A model generated the notes under the pieces. The model was not told where the DNA came from and did no database searches. It saw nothing but the letters and a program-made list of their open reading frames with translations. Of a stretch of DNA of 13,255 nucleotides, positions 6,819 to 13,255 are shown piece after piece (within the stretch, counting starts at the first letter, position 1; each line of letters begins with the position of its first letter). Made by a program: the position numbers and the translations under genes. The DNA comes from Gemmatimonadota bacterium (lineage in GTDB: Bacteria > Gemmatimonadota > Gemmatimonadetes > Gemmatimonadales > GWC2-71-9), in assembly GCA_003221005.1 (NCBI GenBank), contig QHTZ01000018.1:1-13255 (forward strand). Direction: 5' to 3'.

Positions 6819-8282
6819 ATGTCACCGATCAGGAAGAACACCACGCTCGTCCTAGCCGGGCTTCTATTCCTGGGCTGCACCGACCGGCCAATCCCAACGC
6901 AAGCCGCGGCTCCCAAGGCTTCCTTTAGCGCCGGCGACTCACCGTCAGGCGGTGACCGTCACATCGTGCTCTTCGCGGCAGAGCGCGTGCCCGCCGACTT
7001 CCAGGAGCGCGTCGAGCGGGTCGGCGGAACGGTCGAGCAGTCGCTCGACAGCATTGGCGTCGGCATCGTGTACGGCCTGTCGGAAGGAGCCGCGGCCCAG
7101 CTCGCGACTGACCCGGACGTGCGCGCCGTGGAGCCGGACGTCGAATTCCAGATCGCAGCCGGGGAAGACGTGCTCGACGATGACTCGGCGGACATCGCCG
7201 CCGAGGCGATCCTCGCTGAAGCCACCGCGTCCCCGAAGGACGCGACACTCTACCCGCGCCAATGGAACATGCGCGCCATCGGGGCCGACAAGGCGTGGGA
7301 CGTAGGGCTTGTCGGATCACGCGACGTCGTCGTGGTCATCCTCGACACGGGCATCGACTACCTGCATCCGGAGCTGCAAGGGCTCGTGGACATGTCGCGC
7401 TCCAAGTCGTTCGTCCCGGCCGAGGACAGTGTCGTTGAAAGGTTGTACCCCGGACGGAATCCGGTGACCGACCTGTTCTGGCACGGGACCGCCATGGCCG
7501 CCACCGTCGCGAGCAATGCGAAACTGCTCGCGGGCGTGACGCAACACGTCACGCTCATCGCGGTGAAGGTGGCCAACCGCTTCACCATGAGTACCGTGAG
7601 CGCCGGCCTCGCGGGCGTCGTCTACGCGGCCGACCAGGGTGCCGACATCATGAACGTCAGTGGCGGGATGGGCTTCCACAAGAGCGGCAACCCGGGACTC
7701 ATCGCGGCCTACCTGCGGGCGCTCAACTATGCCTGGCGGAAGGGCGTGCTTGTCGTCGGCGTCGCGGGGAACGACACGCTCGACCGGGACCACAATCGAG
7801 ACGGAGTGAGCCTGCCATGTGAGGCGCCAAACGCCCTCTGCGTCTCCGCCACCGGACCCACCGCCGCCCAGAGTGTCAACGGGCCCTGGGATAATGTGGA
7901 CGCATCGGCCCTGTACACCGGCTACGGGCGCTCGGTGGTGAGCGTCGCCGCGCCAGGCGGTCAGCGGTTCACCAACACGAGAGTCTGGGTGCCGTGTCTG
8001 ACCACGCCGAGCAGCACGAGTCCAGCGGCGTGTCGCATCCCGCCAATGTGCCCCAAACCGTCGGCCGGCACGTGCCTCAACCAGGGCATCGGCACGAGCT
8101 TCTCGGCCGCGCATACCTCGGGCCTGGCGGCGCTGCTCGTGCAGCAGCTTGGTCACCGGAATACCGCCCTGATTCGGGAGCGGATTCTTCAGTCGGCCGA
8201 CGATCTGGGCCAGCCGGGCGTGGACCCGTACTACGGACATGGGCGGATCAACGTCGCCCGCGCGTTAGGGCTGCCCCAATAG
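6819..8282 (+). CDS. S8 family (subtilisin-like) serine peptidase, predicted lipoprotein with an I9-like propeptide
   Basis: GGAGG RBS at 6809-6813; lipobox-like LFLG/C20; propeptide ending DPDVRAVEPD; catalytic Asp (VILDTGID), His (WHGT) and Ser (GTSFSAAH); oxyanion Asn (AGND); typical tail QSADDLGQPGVDPYYGHGRIN. Confidence 0.93.
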   Translation: MSPIRKNTTLVLAGLLFLGCTDRPIPTQAAAPKASFSAGDSPSGGDRHIVLFAAERVPADFQERVERVGGTVEQSLDSIGVGIVYGLSEGAAAQLATDPDVRAVEPDVEFQIAAGEDVLDDDSADIAAEAILAEATASPKDATLYPRQWNMRAIGADKAWDVGLVGSRDVVVVILDTGIDYLHPELQGLVDMSRSKSFVPAEDSVVERLYPGRNPVTDLFWHGTAMAATVASNAKLLAGVTQHVTLIAVKVANRFTMSTVSAGLAGVVYAADQGADIMNVSGGMGFHKSGNPGLIAAYLRALNYAWRKGVLVVGVAGNDTLDRDHNRDGVSLPCEAPNALCVSATGPTAAQSVNGPWDNVDASALYTGYGRSVVSVAAPGGQRFTNTRVWVPCLTTPSSTSPAACRIPPMCPKPSAGTCLNQGIGTSFSAAHTSGLAALLVQQLGHRNTALIRERILQSADDLGQPGVDPYYGHGRINVARALGLPQ

Positions 8283-8334
8283 TCGGTCCACGATGGGCGT
8301 TTGAATCGGCGTTGACTGTTTCCAGGGGGGAGCG

Positions 8335-9495
8335 ATGCTTCCGACTTCGACTGCGATGAGGCGAAGGAGGGCGGTGGGGGTAACGGTGGCACTGCTACTA
8401 GCGGCCTGCGGCGGCGAGCAGGGTCCAACTCAGCCGGCGCCTCTGGCCTTCGCGGCGGTGAGCACAGGGTTCGAGCACACCTGCGGGCTCGCGGCTGCGG
8501 GCGCCCTCTACTGCTGGGGAGCCAATTCTTTCGGCAAGCTCGGCGACGGGACCATGAGCGACCGGTCGAGCCCAGTCCGTGTGATGGGCGGCGTCAACTT
8601 CGCCGCCGTGAGCGCCGGCGGCCACCACACGTGCGCGGTCACAGGCGCTGGCACGGCCTATTGCTGGGGCTTCAACAACGAGGGCCAGCTCGGCGACGGG
8701 ACCACGAGCAACCGCTCGAGCCCCGTGCCCGTAGCAGGAGCTCTCAAGTTCGCCGCGGTGAGCGCGGGCGCCTACCACACCTGCGCGGTCACGGCGGCGG
8801 GCGCTGCCTATTGCTGGGGATTGAACTCTAGCGGTCAGCTCGGCGACGGGACGACAACCCAGCACTTGACCCCCGTGCTAGTGACGAGCGGCGTAACCTT
8901 CGCCGCCGTGGGAGCCGGCAACGACCACACCTGCGGGCTCGCGCCCGCGGGCGCTGCCTATTGCTGGGGACAGAATGCCTACGGCCAACTCGGCGACGGG
9001 ACCACGAGCGACCGGTTCAGCCCCGTGCTCGTGACGGGCGGCGTGTCCTTCACTGTGCTCGGTGTCAGCGCCCTACACAACTGCGGAGTCACGGCCACAG
9101 GCGCCGCTTACTGCTGGGGCTACAATAACGAGGGCGAGCTCGGCGACGGGACCACGGGCAACCGGTCGAGCCCCGTGCTCGTGGCAGGGGGCATGAACTT
9201 CACCGCGGTGGGCCGCGGCAGCGTGAATGGGCACACCTGCGGGATCACCGCCGCGGGCGCCTACTGCTGGGGATGGAATCTCAAGGGTCAGCTCGGCGAT
9301 GGAACCACGATCCAGCGATCAACGCCTGTGCCTGTGGCGGGCGGCATGAGCTTCACCTCTGTGGGCGCCGGGGGCTTCCATTCGTGCGGGCTCACGGCCG
9401 CGGGAGCAGCCTACTGCTGGGGCGGGAATTCCCGCGGTCAGCTCGGTGACGGGACCACGGATGACCGCCCTACCCCGACCCGGGTGTTGCAGTAG
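8335..9495 (+). CDS. RCC1/BLIP-II repeat seven-bladed beta-propeller lipoprotein
   Basis: Lipobox LLAA/CGG after a basic N-region, then seven ~50-aa repeats of the form G..H.C.....G.AYCWG.N..GQLGDG. The start could be ATG 8335 or ATG 8356. Confidence 0.9.
   Translation: MLPTSTAMRRRRAVGVTVALLLAACGGEQGPTQPAPLAFAAVSTGFEHTCGLAAAGALYCWGANSFGKLGDGTMSDRSSPVRVMGGVNFAAVSAGGHHTCAVTGAGTAYCWGFNNEGQLGDGTTSNRSSPVPVAGALKFAAVSAGAYHTCAVTAAGAAYCWGLNSSGQLGDGTTTQHLTPVLVTSGVTFAAVGAGNDHTCGLAPAGAAYCWGQNAYGQLGDGTTSDRFSPVLVTGGVSFTVLGVSALHNCGVTATGAAYCWGYNNEGELGDGTTGNRSSPVLVAGGMNFTAVGRGSVNGHTCGITAAGAYCWGWNLKGQLGDGTTIQRSTPVPVAGGMSFTSVGAGGFHSCGLTAAGAAYCWGGNSRGQLGDGTTDDRPTPTRVLQ
8446..9492 (+). repeat. Seven intragenic tandem repeats of ~150 bp
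   Basis: The anchor CTCGG(C/T)GA(C/T)GG recurs at 8539, 8689, 8839, 8989, 9139, 9292 and 9442 (periods 150, 150, 150, 150, 153, 150). Confidence 0.9.
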
Positions 9496-9560
9496 CATCC
9501 TTCGCCGATCTTGCGCGCGGCCGTTCGTGGAGCTAGATGAGACGCACGAGCAGACCCGAG

Positions 9561-9598
9561 GTAGTGCGGTGCTTCGAGGGTAGTGCGGTGCTTCGAGG
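9561..9598 (+). repeat. Perfect 19-bp tandem duplication upstream of, or at the 5' end of, the TonB-dependent receptor gene
   Basis: GTAGTGCGGTGCTTCGAGG at 9561-9579 and 9580-9598. Confidence 0.9.
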
Positions 9599-9611
9599 TC
9601 GCAGCATTGCA

Positions 9612-12359
9612 GTGAGCCGGTTCCTTCTCACGTCGTCGCTGGCGGCATGCGTCGCGTCGTCGCTCGCGGCGCAAGCAACCACGGCGACGCTGCAAGGCGC
9701 CGTCACCGCAAGCGACGGCGCCGTCCTGCCAGGGGCCGAGGTCGTAGCGTGGAGCCGCGAGAGCGGCTCGGCCCGCTCGGCGCTCGCGGATGTCCGTGGT
9801 GCATACCGTCTGCTCGGCCTGGCCCCCGGCGTCTACGATGTGACCGCTCGCGCGGTGGGCTTCGGCGCGCTGCGTCGGGCGGGCGTCGAGCTCATCCTCG
9901 GCGACGAAGCGACCCTCAACTTTGCGCTCGAGCCCGGAGCGGTCGAGCTCGACCCGATCGTCGTCCAGGCGGGGCCGTCGTTGCCGGTGGAGCGGCTTGA
10001 CGTCTCCACGCCGGTGCTCGAGCGGGAGATCGAGCGCCTCCCCCTTAACACCCGCGACGTGCTCGCGCTCGCATCGATCGCACCGGGCGTGAGGATCTTC
10101 GCACCGGAAGCGGGACGGTCGGTCCCGGCGGCCGGCGCGCTCTCCACGGCGCGCTTCGTGAACCTCTACGTAGACGGGCTCGAGTGGAAAGGGCTGGCGA
10201 CCGGGGCGCTTGTCAGCATGCCGCAAACCGGTTCGCTCCTCCCGCAGGACGCGATTCGTGAGTACCGCGTCTCCCTGAACCCGTACGACGTCGAGTTCAC
10301 GCGTGGCGCATCCTGGGTGATCAGCGCGGTGACGCATCAGGGTGGCAACACGCTCCACGGCTCGCTCTTCGGCTTCGATCAGGATCGAAACCTCGTCGCC
10401 CAAGGGAGCTTCCAGCAGACAAAGCCGGACTACCAGCGGAAGCAGGTTGGCGGCAGCCTGCGCGGGCCGCTGCTGAAGGACCGGATGTTCTTTTCGGTCA
10501 GCTACGAAGGACAGATCACCGACAACTTCATCGACGTCGTCCCCGGGCGCCCGCCGACAAACCCGGCCATCTGGGATCGATACGCCGGGACATTCAGAGC
10601 GCCGTTCCGTAACTACATGGGCATGGCACGTCTCACCGCACTACGGGGGCGGCACACGCTGGATGCGATCTGGACGGCGCGACATCTCTCGACCCAATCC
10701 AACTTCGGCGCGAAGCTGTCGCGTGACGCAGGCGTCGTCTCCAGCTACGGCGTGAGCAATGCGCAGCTACGCGACCGCTATGTGTCGGCCGCGCTCGTCA
10801 ACGAAATCTCCCTCCACGTGCTCTACAACGACCAGGACGATTCTCCGCTGGTCCCGGGTCCGACGTTCCAGTATCCTAGCATCCAGGTGGGACGCACTGA
10901 GTTTCCGGTGACGATCACCGAGCGGCACATCGGGCTCAGCGATAAGACGTCGTACACGGTGGGCCGGTTTGGCGGCCAGCACGTGCTAAAGACTGGGGTC
11001 GAGCTGACGCGCGTTTGGGGGCGTGGCTATCAACCGACGGGCAAGGACGGGTTCTTCCTCTTCCAGACGGACACGAGCACCATGCCGCAGCGCGGCCGGA
11101 TCGGTGTCGGCTTCATCGATCCAAGCTCTACGAACGACGCGCGCGCCACGATCGACGGATGGCTCGTCGGCGCATACATCCAGGATGAGTGGCGGCCCGT
11201 TACAGCGCTCGTATTGACGGCGGGCGTACGGTACGATGCCGAGATCGGCACGCTGAATCAAGGCGAAACCGCGCCGTGGGCGAGCGACACCGTGCTACAG
11301 CGCGTCGTGGGCGACCGCTATCTGAACTCCGGGGACCGTGAGACGGATCTCGACAACTTCGCGCCGCGGGTCGCAGCGGCGTGGGACGTGTTCGGCGACG
11401 GCCGCACCTCGCTGCGGGCCGGGTATGGCGTGATGTACGACCGTGTGCCGGTGTTCGGGGCGTTCAGTGAGAAGATCTCGTGGGGCTGGCGCACGTACAC
11501 GTTTCAGAATCCGGGGACGACGGACCCGGCGGTCCTGCGGAGCCGGGTCGCCGCCAATCCTGCTGCGGCTACGCCGAACCTCGTGCTGCTACCGGATCGG
11601 CTCGAAACGCCCGCGAATCACCAGTGGTCCGTCGGCATCGGACGCCGGCTGTCCGACCATCTCGTGCTCAACGTCGATTACCTCCACCAGCACATGACCG
11701 ACCTGCCGGTGACGGTGATGGCGAACCAGCCGAACCCGGTGACGAACCAACGGCCGCTGACGAGCCGCTACGGCAACATCAACCTGTGGGGCAGTTTCGG
11801 GGACGCGAAGTTCCGTGCGGTGTTGACCTCGGTGACCTTCGACCACGGCCCGACGCGGGTCAGCGCAGCGTACACGTTGGGCTGGGCGGAGTCGGAGTTC
11901 GGCGGCACGTCCACGAGCGACTACCCCGATTCCACGTCCTACTCGATGCAGCGGAGTACAGGGGACGAGCGGCACCGGCTCGTGCTCTCCGGGTTGACCG
12001 AGCTGCCGCTCGGCCTCGAGCTCTCCGCCATCGCCGTCGCCGCGAGCCCCTCCCCCTTCGGCGTGACCGTCGGCACCGACGTCAACAAGAATGGAGCCCT
12101 CAACGACGACTGGCCCGACGGCATCCGGACATGGCGTCGGGACGGATGGGACTACTGGTACCGCACGGTCGACATCCGGTTGGGCAAAGCGTTCTCGCTC
12201 CCGCGAGGGCTGCTGCTCGTCACGGTGGATGTGTTCAATCTCTTCAACTGGGCCAACCACTCCGAGTATCAGGGCAAGCAGAGCCTGCTCGACTTCGCGG
12301 AGCCGGTTGGCGACTACCTGCGCCGTCAAGCTCAGGTTGGGGTGAGGTACCAGTTCTGA
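9612..12359 (+). CDS. TonB-dependent receptor, Oar-like, with an N-terminal carboxypeptidase-regulatory-like domain
   Basis: Signal peptide VSRFLLTSSLAACVASSLAA/Q; LQGAVTASDGAVLPGAEV...GAYRLLGLAPGVYDV (carboxypeptidase-regulatory-like); plug IERLPLNTRDVLALASIAPGV; barrel motifs AYIQDEWR, GVRYD and NFAPRVAAAWDVFGDGRTSLRAGYG; C-terminal GVRYQF. The start is uncertain: GTG 9612 is preferred, and the ORF is open from ATG 9537. Confidence 0.9.
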   Translation: MSRFLLTSSLAACVASSLAAQATTATLQGAVTASDGAVLPGAEVVAWSRESGSARSALADVRGAYRLLGLAPGVYDVTARAVGFGALRRAGVELILGDEATLNFALEPGAVELDPIVVQAGPSLPVERLDVSTPVLEREIERLPLNTRDVLALASIAPGVRIFAPEAGRSVPAAGALSTARFVNLYVDGLEWKGLATGALVSMPQTGSLLPQDAIREYRVSLNPYDVEFTRGASWVISAVTHQGGNTLHGSLFGFDQDRNLVAQGSFQQTKPDYQRKQVGGSLRGPLLKDRMFFSVSYEGQITDNFIDVVPGRPPTNPAIWDRYAGTFRAPFRNYMGMARLTALRGRHTLDAIWTARHLSTQSNFGAKLSRDAGVVSSYGVSNAQLRDRYVSAALVNEISLHVLYNDQDDSPLVPGPTFQYPSIQVGRTEFPVTITERHIGLSDKTSYTVGRFGGQHVLKTGVELTRVWGRGYQPTGKDGFFLFQTDTSTMPQRGRIGVGFIDPSSTNDARATIDGWLVGAYIQDEWRPVTALVLTAGVRYDAEIGTLNQGETAPWASDTVLQRVVGDRYLNSGDRETDLDNFAPRVAAAWDVFGDGRTSLRAGYGVMYDRVPVFGAFSEKISWGWRTYTFQNPGTTDPAVLRSRVAANPAAATPNLVLLPDRLETPANHQWSVGIGRRLSDHLVLNVDYLHQHMTDLPVTVMANQPNPVTNQRPLTSRYGNINLWGSFGDAKFRAVLTSVTFDHGPTRVSAAYTLGWAESEFGGTSTSDYPDSTSYSMQRSTGDERHRLVLSGLTELPLGLELSAIAVAASPSPFGVTVGTDVNKNGALNDDWPDGIRTWRRDGWDYWYRTVDIRLGKAFSLPRGLLLVTVDVFNLFNWANHSEYQGKQSLLDFAEPVGDYLRRQAQVGVRYQF

Positions 12360-12431
12360 GGCAGCCGGAATGAAGCACTGGGGCGGAGGCACGCACCCGT
12401 CATCATCACGTCGTTCTGTTCGTCAGTGACG

Positions 12432-12466
12432 GACCTTCGGCTCCGTTGTTACCGTCGCTGTTACCG
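12432..12466 (+). repeat. 14-bp att-core fragment fused to a tandem degenerate 12-mer (candidate arm sites, right)
   Basis: GACCTTCGGCTCCG (12432-12445) equals 4078-4091 and 12505-12518. It overlaps CCGTTGTTACCG-TCGCTGTTACCG (12443-12466). Confidence 0.75.
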
Positions 12467-12479
12467 TGTAGTAACTCAA

Positions 12480-12553
12480 TGCGCCAGGCGGGATTCGAAC
12501 CCACGACCTTCGGCTCCGGAGGCCGACGCTCTATCCAGCTGAGCTACTGGCGC
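12480..12553 (-). tRNA. tRNA-Arg(CCG), integration target
   Basis: Cloverleaf GCGCCAG...CTGGCGC-A; anticodon arm TCGGC-CT CCG GA-GCCGA; T-loop GTTCGAATC; no encoded CCA. Confidence 0.97.
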
Positions 12554-12560
12554 AAACTGC

Positions 12561-12655
12561 TGGACGGGTAGACGGCGAGACGGGTAGACGGGTAGGGCTG
12601 CTCTCACCTGCCCTCCAGGAACCGCTCGCCGTCTGGAATCTGCCTCCCGTCTGCC
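12561..12655. repeat. Octamer tandem array with a decayed inverted partner (Pro/Arg spacer)
   Basis: TGGACGGG-TAGACGGC-GAGACGGG-TAGACGGG-TAGG (12561-12596), with partial reverse complements CTCGCCGTCT (12625-12634) and CCCGTCT (12646-12652). Confidence 0.75.
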
Positions 12656-12673
12656 TACTCACTCTCCGTTTAG

Positions 12674-12748
12674 TCGGGGCGAGTGGATTTGAACCACCGA
12701 CCTCCTGGTCCCGAACCAGGCGCGCTAACCGGGCTGCGCTACGCCCCG
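12674..12748 (-). tRNA. tRNA-Pro(CGG)
   Basis: CGGGGCG...CGCCCCG-A; anticodon arm CCTGG-TT CGG GA-CCAGG; T-loop GTTCAAATC; no encoded CCA. Confidence 0.97.
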
Positions 12749-12753
12749 AAAAC

Positions 12754-12846
12754 CTAGACGGACAGACGGCGAGGTGGGTAGACGGGTAGGGCGATCGCTC
12801 ACGTCCGGACCTACCCGTCTCGACGTCTACCCGTCCACCCGTCTAG
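12754..12846. repeat. Imperfect inverted repeat with 37-nt arms built of octamers (Arg/Pro spacer)
   Basis: Left arm C-TAGACGGA-CAGACGGC-GAGGTGGG-TAGACGGG-TAGG (12754-12790). The right arm (12810-12846) reverse-complements to C-TAGACGGG-TGGACGGG-TAGACGTC-GAGACGGG-TAGG. Confidence 0.88.
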
Positions 12847-12850
12847 TATA

Positions 12851-12924
12851 TGCGCCCAGGAGGACTCGAACCCCCAGCCTCTTGATCCGTAGTCAAGCGC
12901 TCTATCCAGTTGAGCTATGGGCGC
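12851..12924 (-). tRNA. tRNA-Arg(ACG)
   Basis: GCGCCCA...TGGGCGC-A; anticodon arm CTTGA-CT ACG GA-TCAAG; T-loop GTTCGAGTC. Confidence 0.97.
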
Positions 12925-12926
12925 GA

Positions 12927-13000
12927 TGGGCGGTACTAGACTCGAACTAGTGACCTCCACGATGTCAACGTGGCGCTCTAACCAACTGAGCTAACCGCCC
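12927..13000 (-). tRNA. tRNA-Val(GAC)
   Basis: GGGCGGT...ACCGCCC-A; anticodon arm CCACG-TT GAC AT-CGTGG; T-loop GTTCGAGTC; only 2 nt from the next tRNA. Confidence 0.97.
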
Positions 13001-13005
13001 GGCCA

Positions 13006-13097
13006 GAGACGGTTAGGCGGATAGCCGGATAGGCGGATAGTGGAATCGGCCCGCAACTCCTCTATCCGGCTACCCGCCTATCCGCCTAACCTGTCTC
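13006..13097. repeat. Long inverted repeat built of octamers (fMet/Val spacer)
   Basis: GAGAC-GGT-TAGGCGGA-TAGCCGGA-TAGGCGGA-TAG (13006-13040). The right arm reverse-complements to GAGAC-A-GGT-TAGGCGGA-TAGGCGGG-TAGCCGGA-TAG. Confidence 0.88.
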
Positions 13098-13099
13098 AA

Positions 13100-13173
13100 T
13101 AGCGGGGGTGGGATTTGAACCCACGACCTCCGGGTTATGAGCCCGGCGAGCTACCAGACTGCTCCACCCCGCG
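13100..13173 (-). tRNA. Initiator tRNA-fMet(CAT)
   Basis: Anticodon arm CCGGG-CT CAT AA-CCCGG with three consecutive G-C pairs, an unpaired C1:U72 and A11-U24, all initiator identity elements. Confidence 0.95.
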
Positions 13174-13187
13174 TCGTTTTTCAGGCG

Positions 13188-13255
13188 TTAGCCGGATGGG
13201 CGGATAGAAAACCCGCTCCGTGCGATCCGTCGCTGCTATCCGTCTATCCGCCTAA
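13188..13255. repeat. Octamer-based inverted repeat upstream of tRNA-fMet (runs to the window edge)
   Basis: TTAGCCGGATGGGCGGATAG (13188-13207) pairs with CTATCCGTCTATCCGCCTAA (13236-13255). Confidence 0.8.

Larger units (their letters stand above)
4052..12523. mobile_element. tRNA-Arg(CCG)-integrated genomic island (~8.4 kb) with no integrase gene
   Basis: Flanking 45-bp direct repeats, one within an intact tRNA, and TGTTACC tandem repeats inside both ends. Four cargo genes fill the interior, leaving gaps of about 200 bp or less. Confidence 0.85.

Noticed and set aside
8446-9492. Diversity-generating retroelement template/variable repeat pair
   Set aside because: All repeats are in-frame coding blades, differences are not confined to adenines, and there is no reverse transcriptase or non-coding template copy in the window.
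9556-9597. SARP-type TCGAG boxes upstream of the receptor gene
   Set aside because: The (C/T)CGAG copies are spaced 18 and 19 bp apart rather than 11 or 22, and are explained by the tandem duplication.
12554-13255. CRISPR array
   Set aside because: The repeats are degenerate tandem 8-mers in inverted arms separated by tRNA genes, not identical direct repeats with unique spacers. No cas genes are in the window.

Overview
GC-rich bacterial DNA; gene content and style suggest Gemmatimonadota (inference, not searched). The window has three parts. (1) Bases 1-3932 look like backbone: a 5'-truncated membrane/Ig-like protein gene and a small outer-membrane beta-barrel gene (+), converging on a translationally coupled pair (-) of a group II PLP-dependent aromatic-L-amino-acid decarboxylase and a K+-channel-family protein. 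(2) Bases 4052-12523 are an ~8.4 kb genomic island inserted in tRNA-Arg(CCG). It is bounded by a perfect 45-bp direct repeat of the tRNA 3' part, has tandem TGTTACC arm-type-like repeats inside both ends, and has no integrase gene. Its cargo is a membrane-anchored SARP/BTAD-TolB-like-TPR regulator, divergent from a lipoprotein S8 subtilase, a seven-repeat RCC1/BLIP-II lipoprotein and an Oar-type TonB-dependent receptor. (3) Bases 12480-13255 hold a minus-strand cluster of five tRNAs (fMet-CAT, Val-GAC, Arg-ACG, Pro-CGG, Arg-CCG), none with an encoded CCA. Their long spacers are inverted repeats built from tandem 8-mers (consensus TAGNCGGR). The most notable items are the integrase-less island with its surface proteolysis/uptake-like cassette, a collapsed att-site scar, and the octamer-built spacer hairpins.
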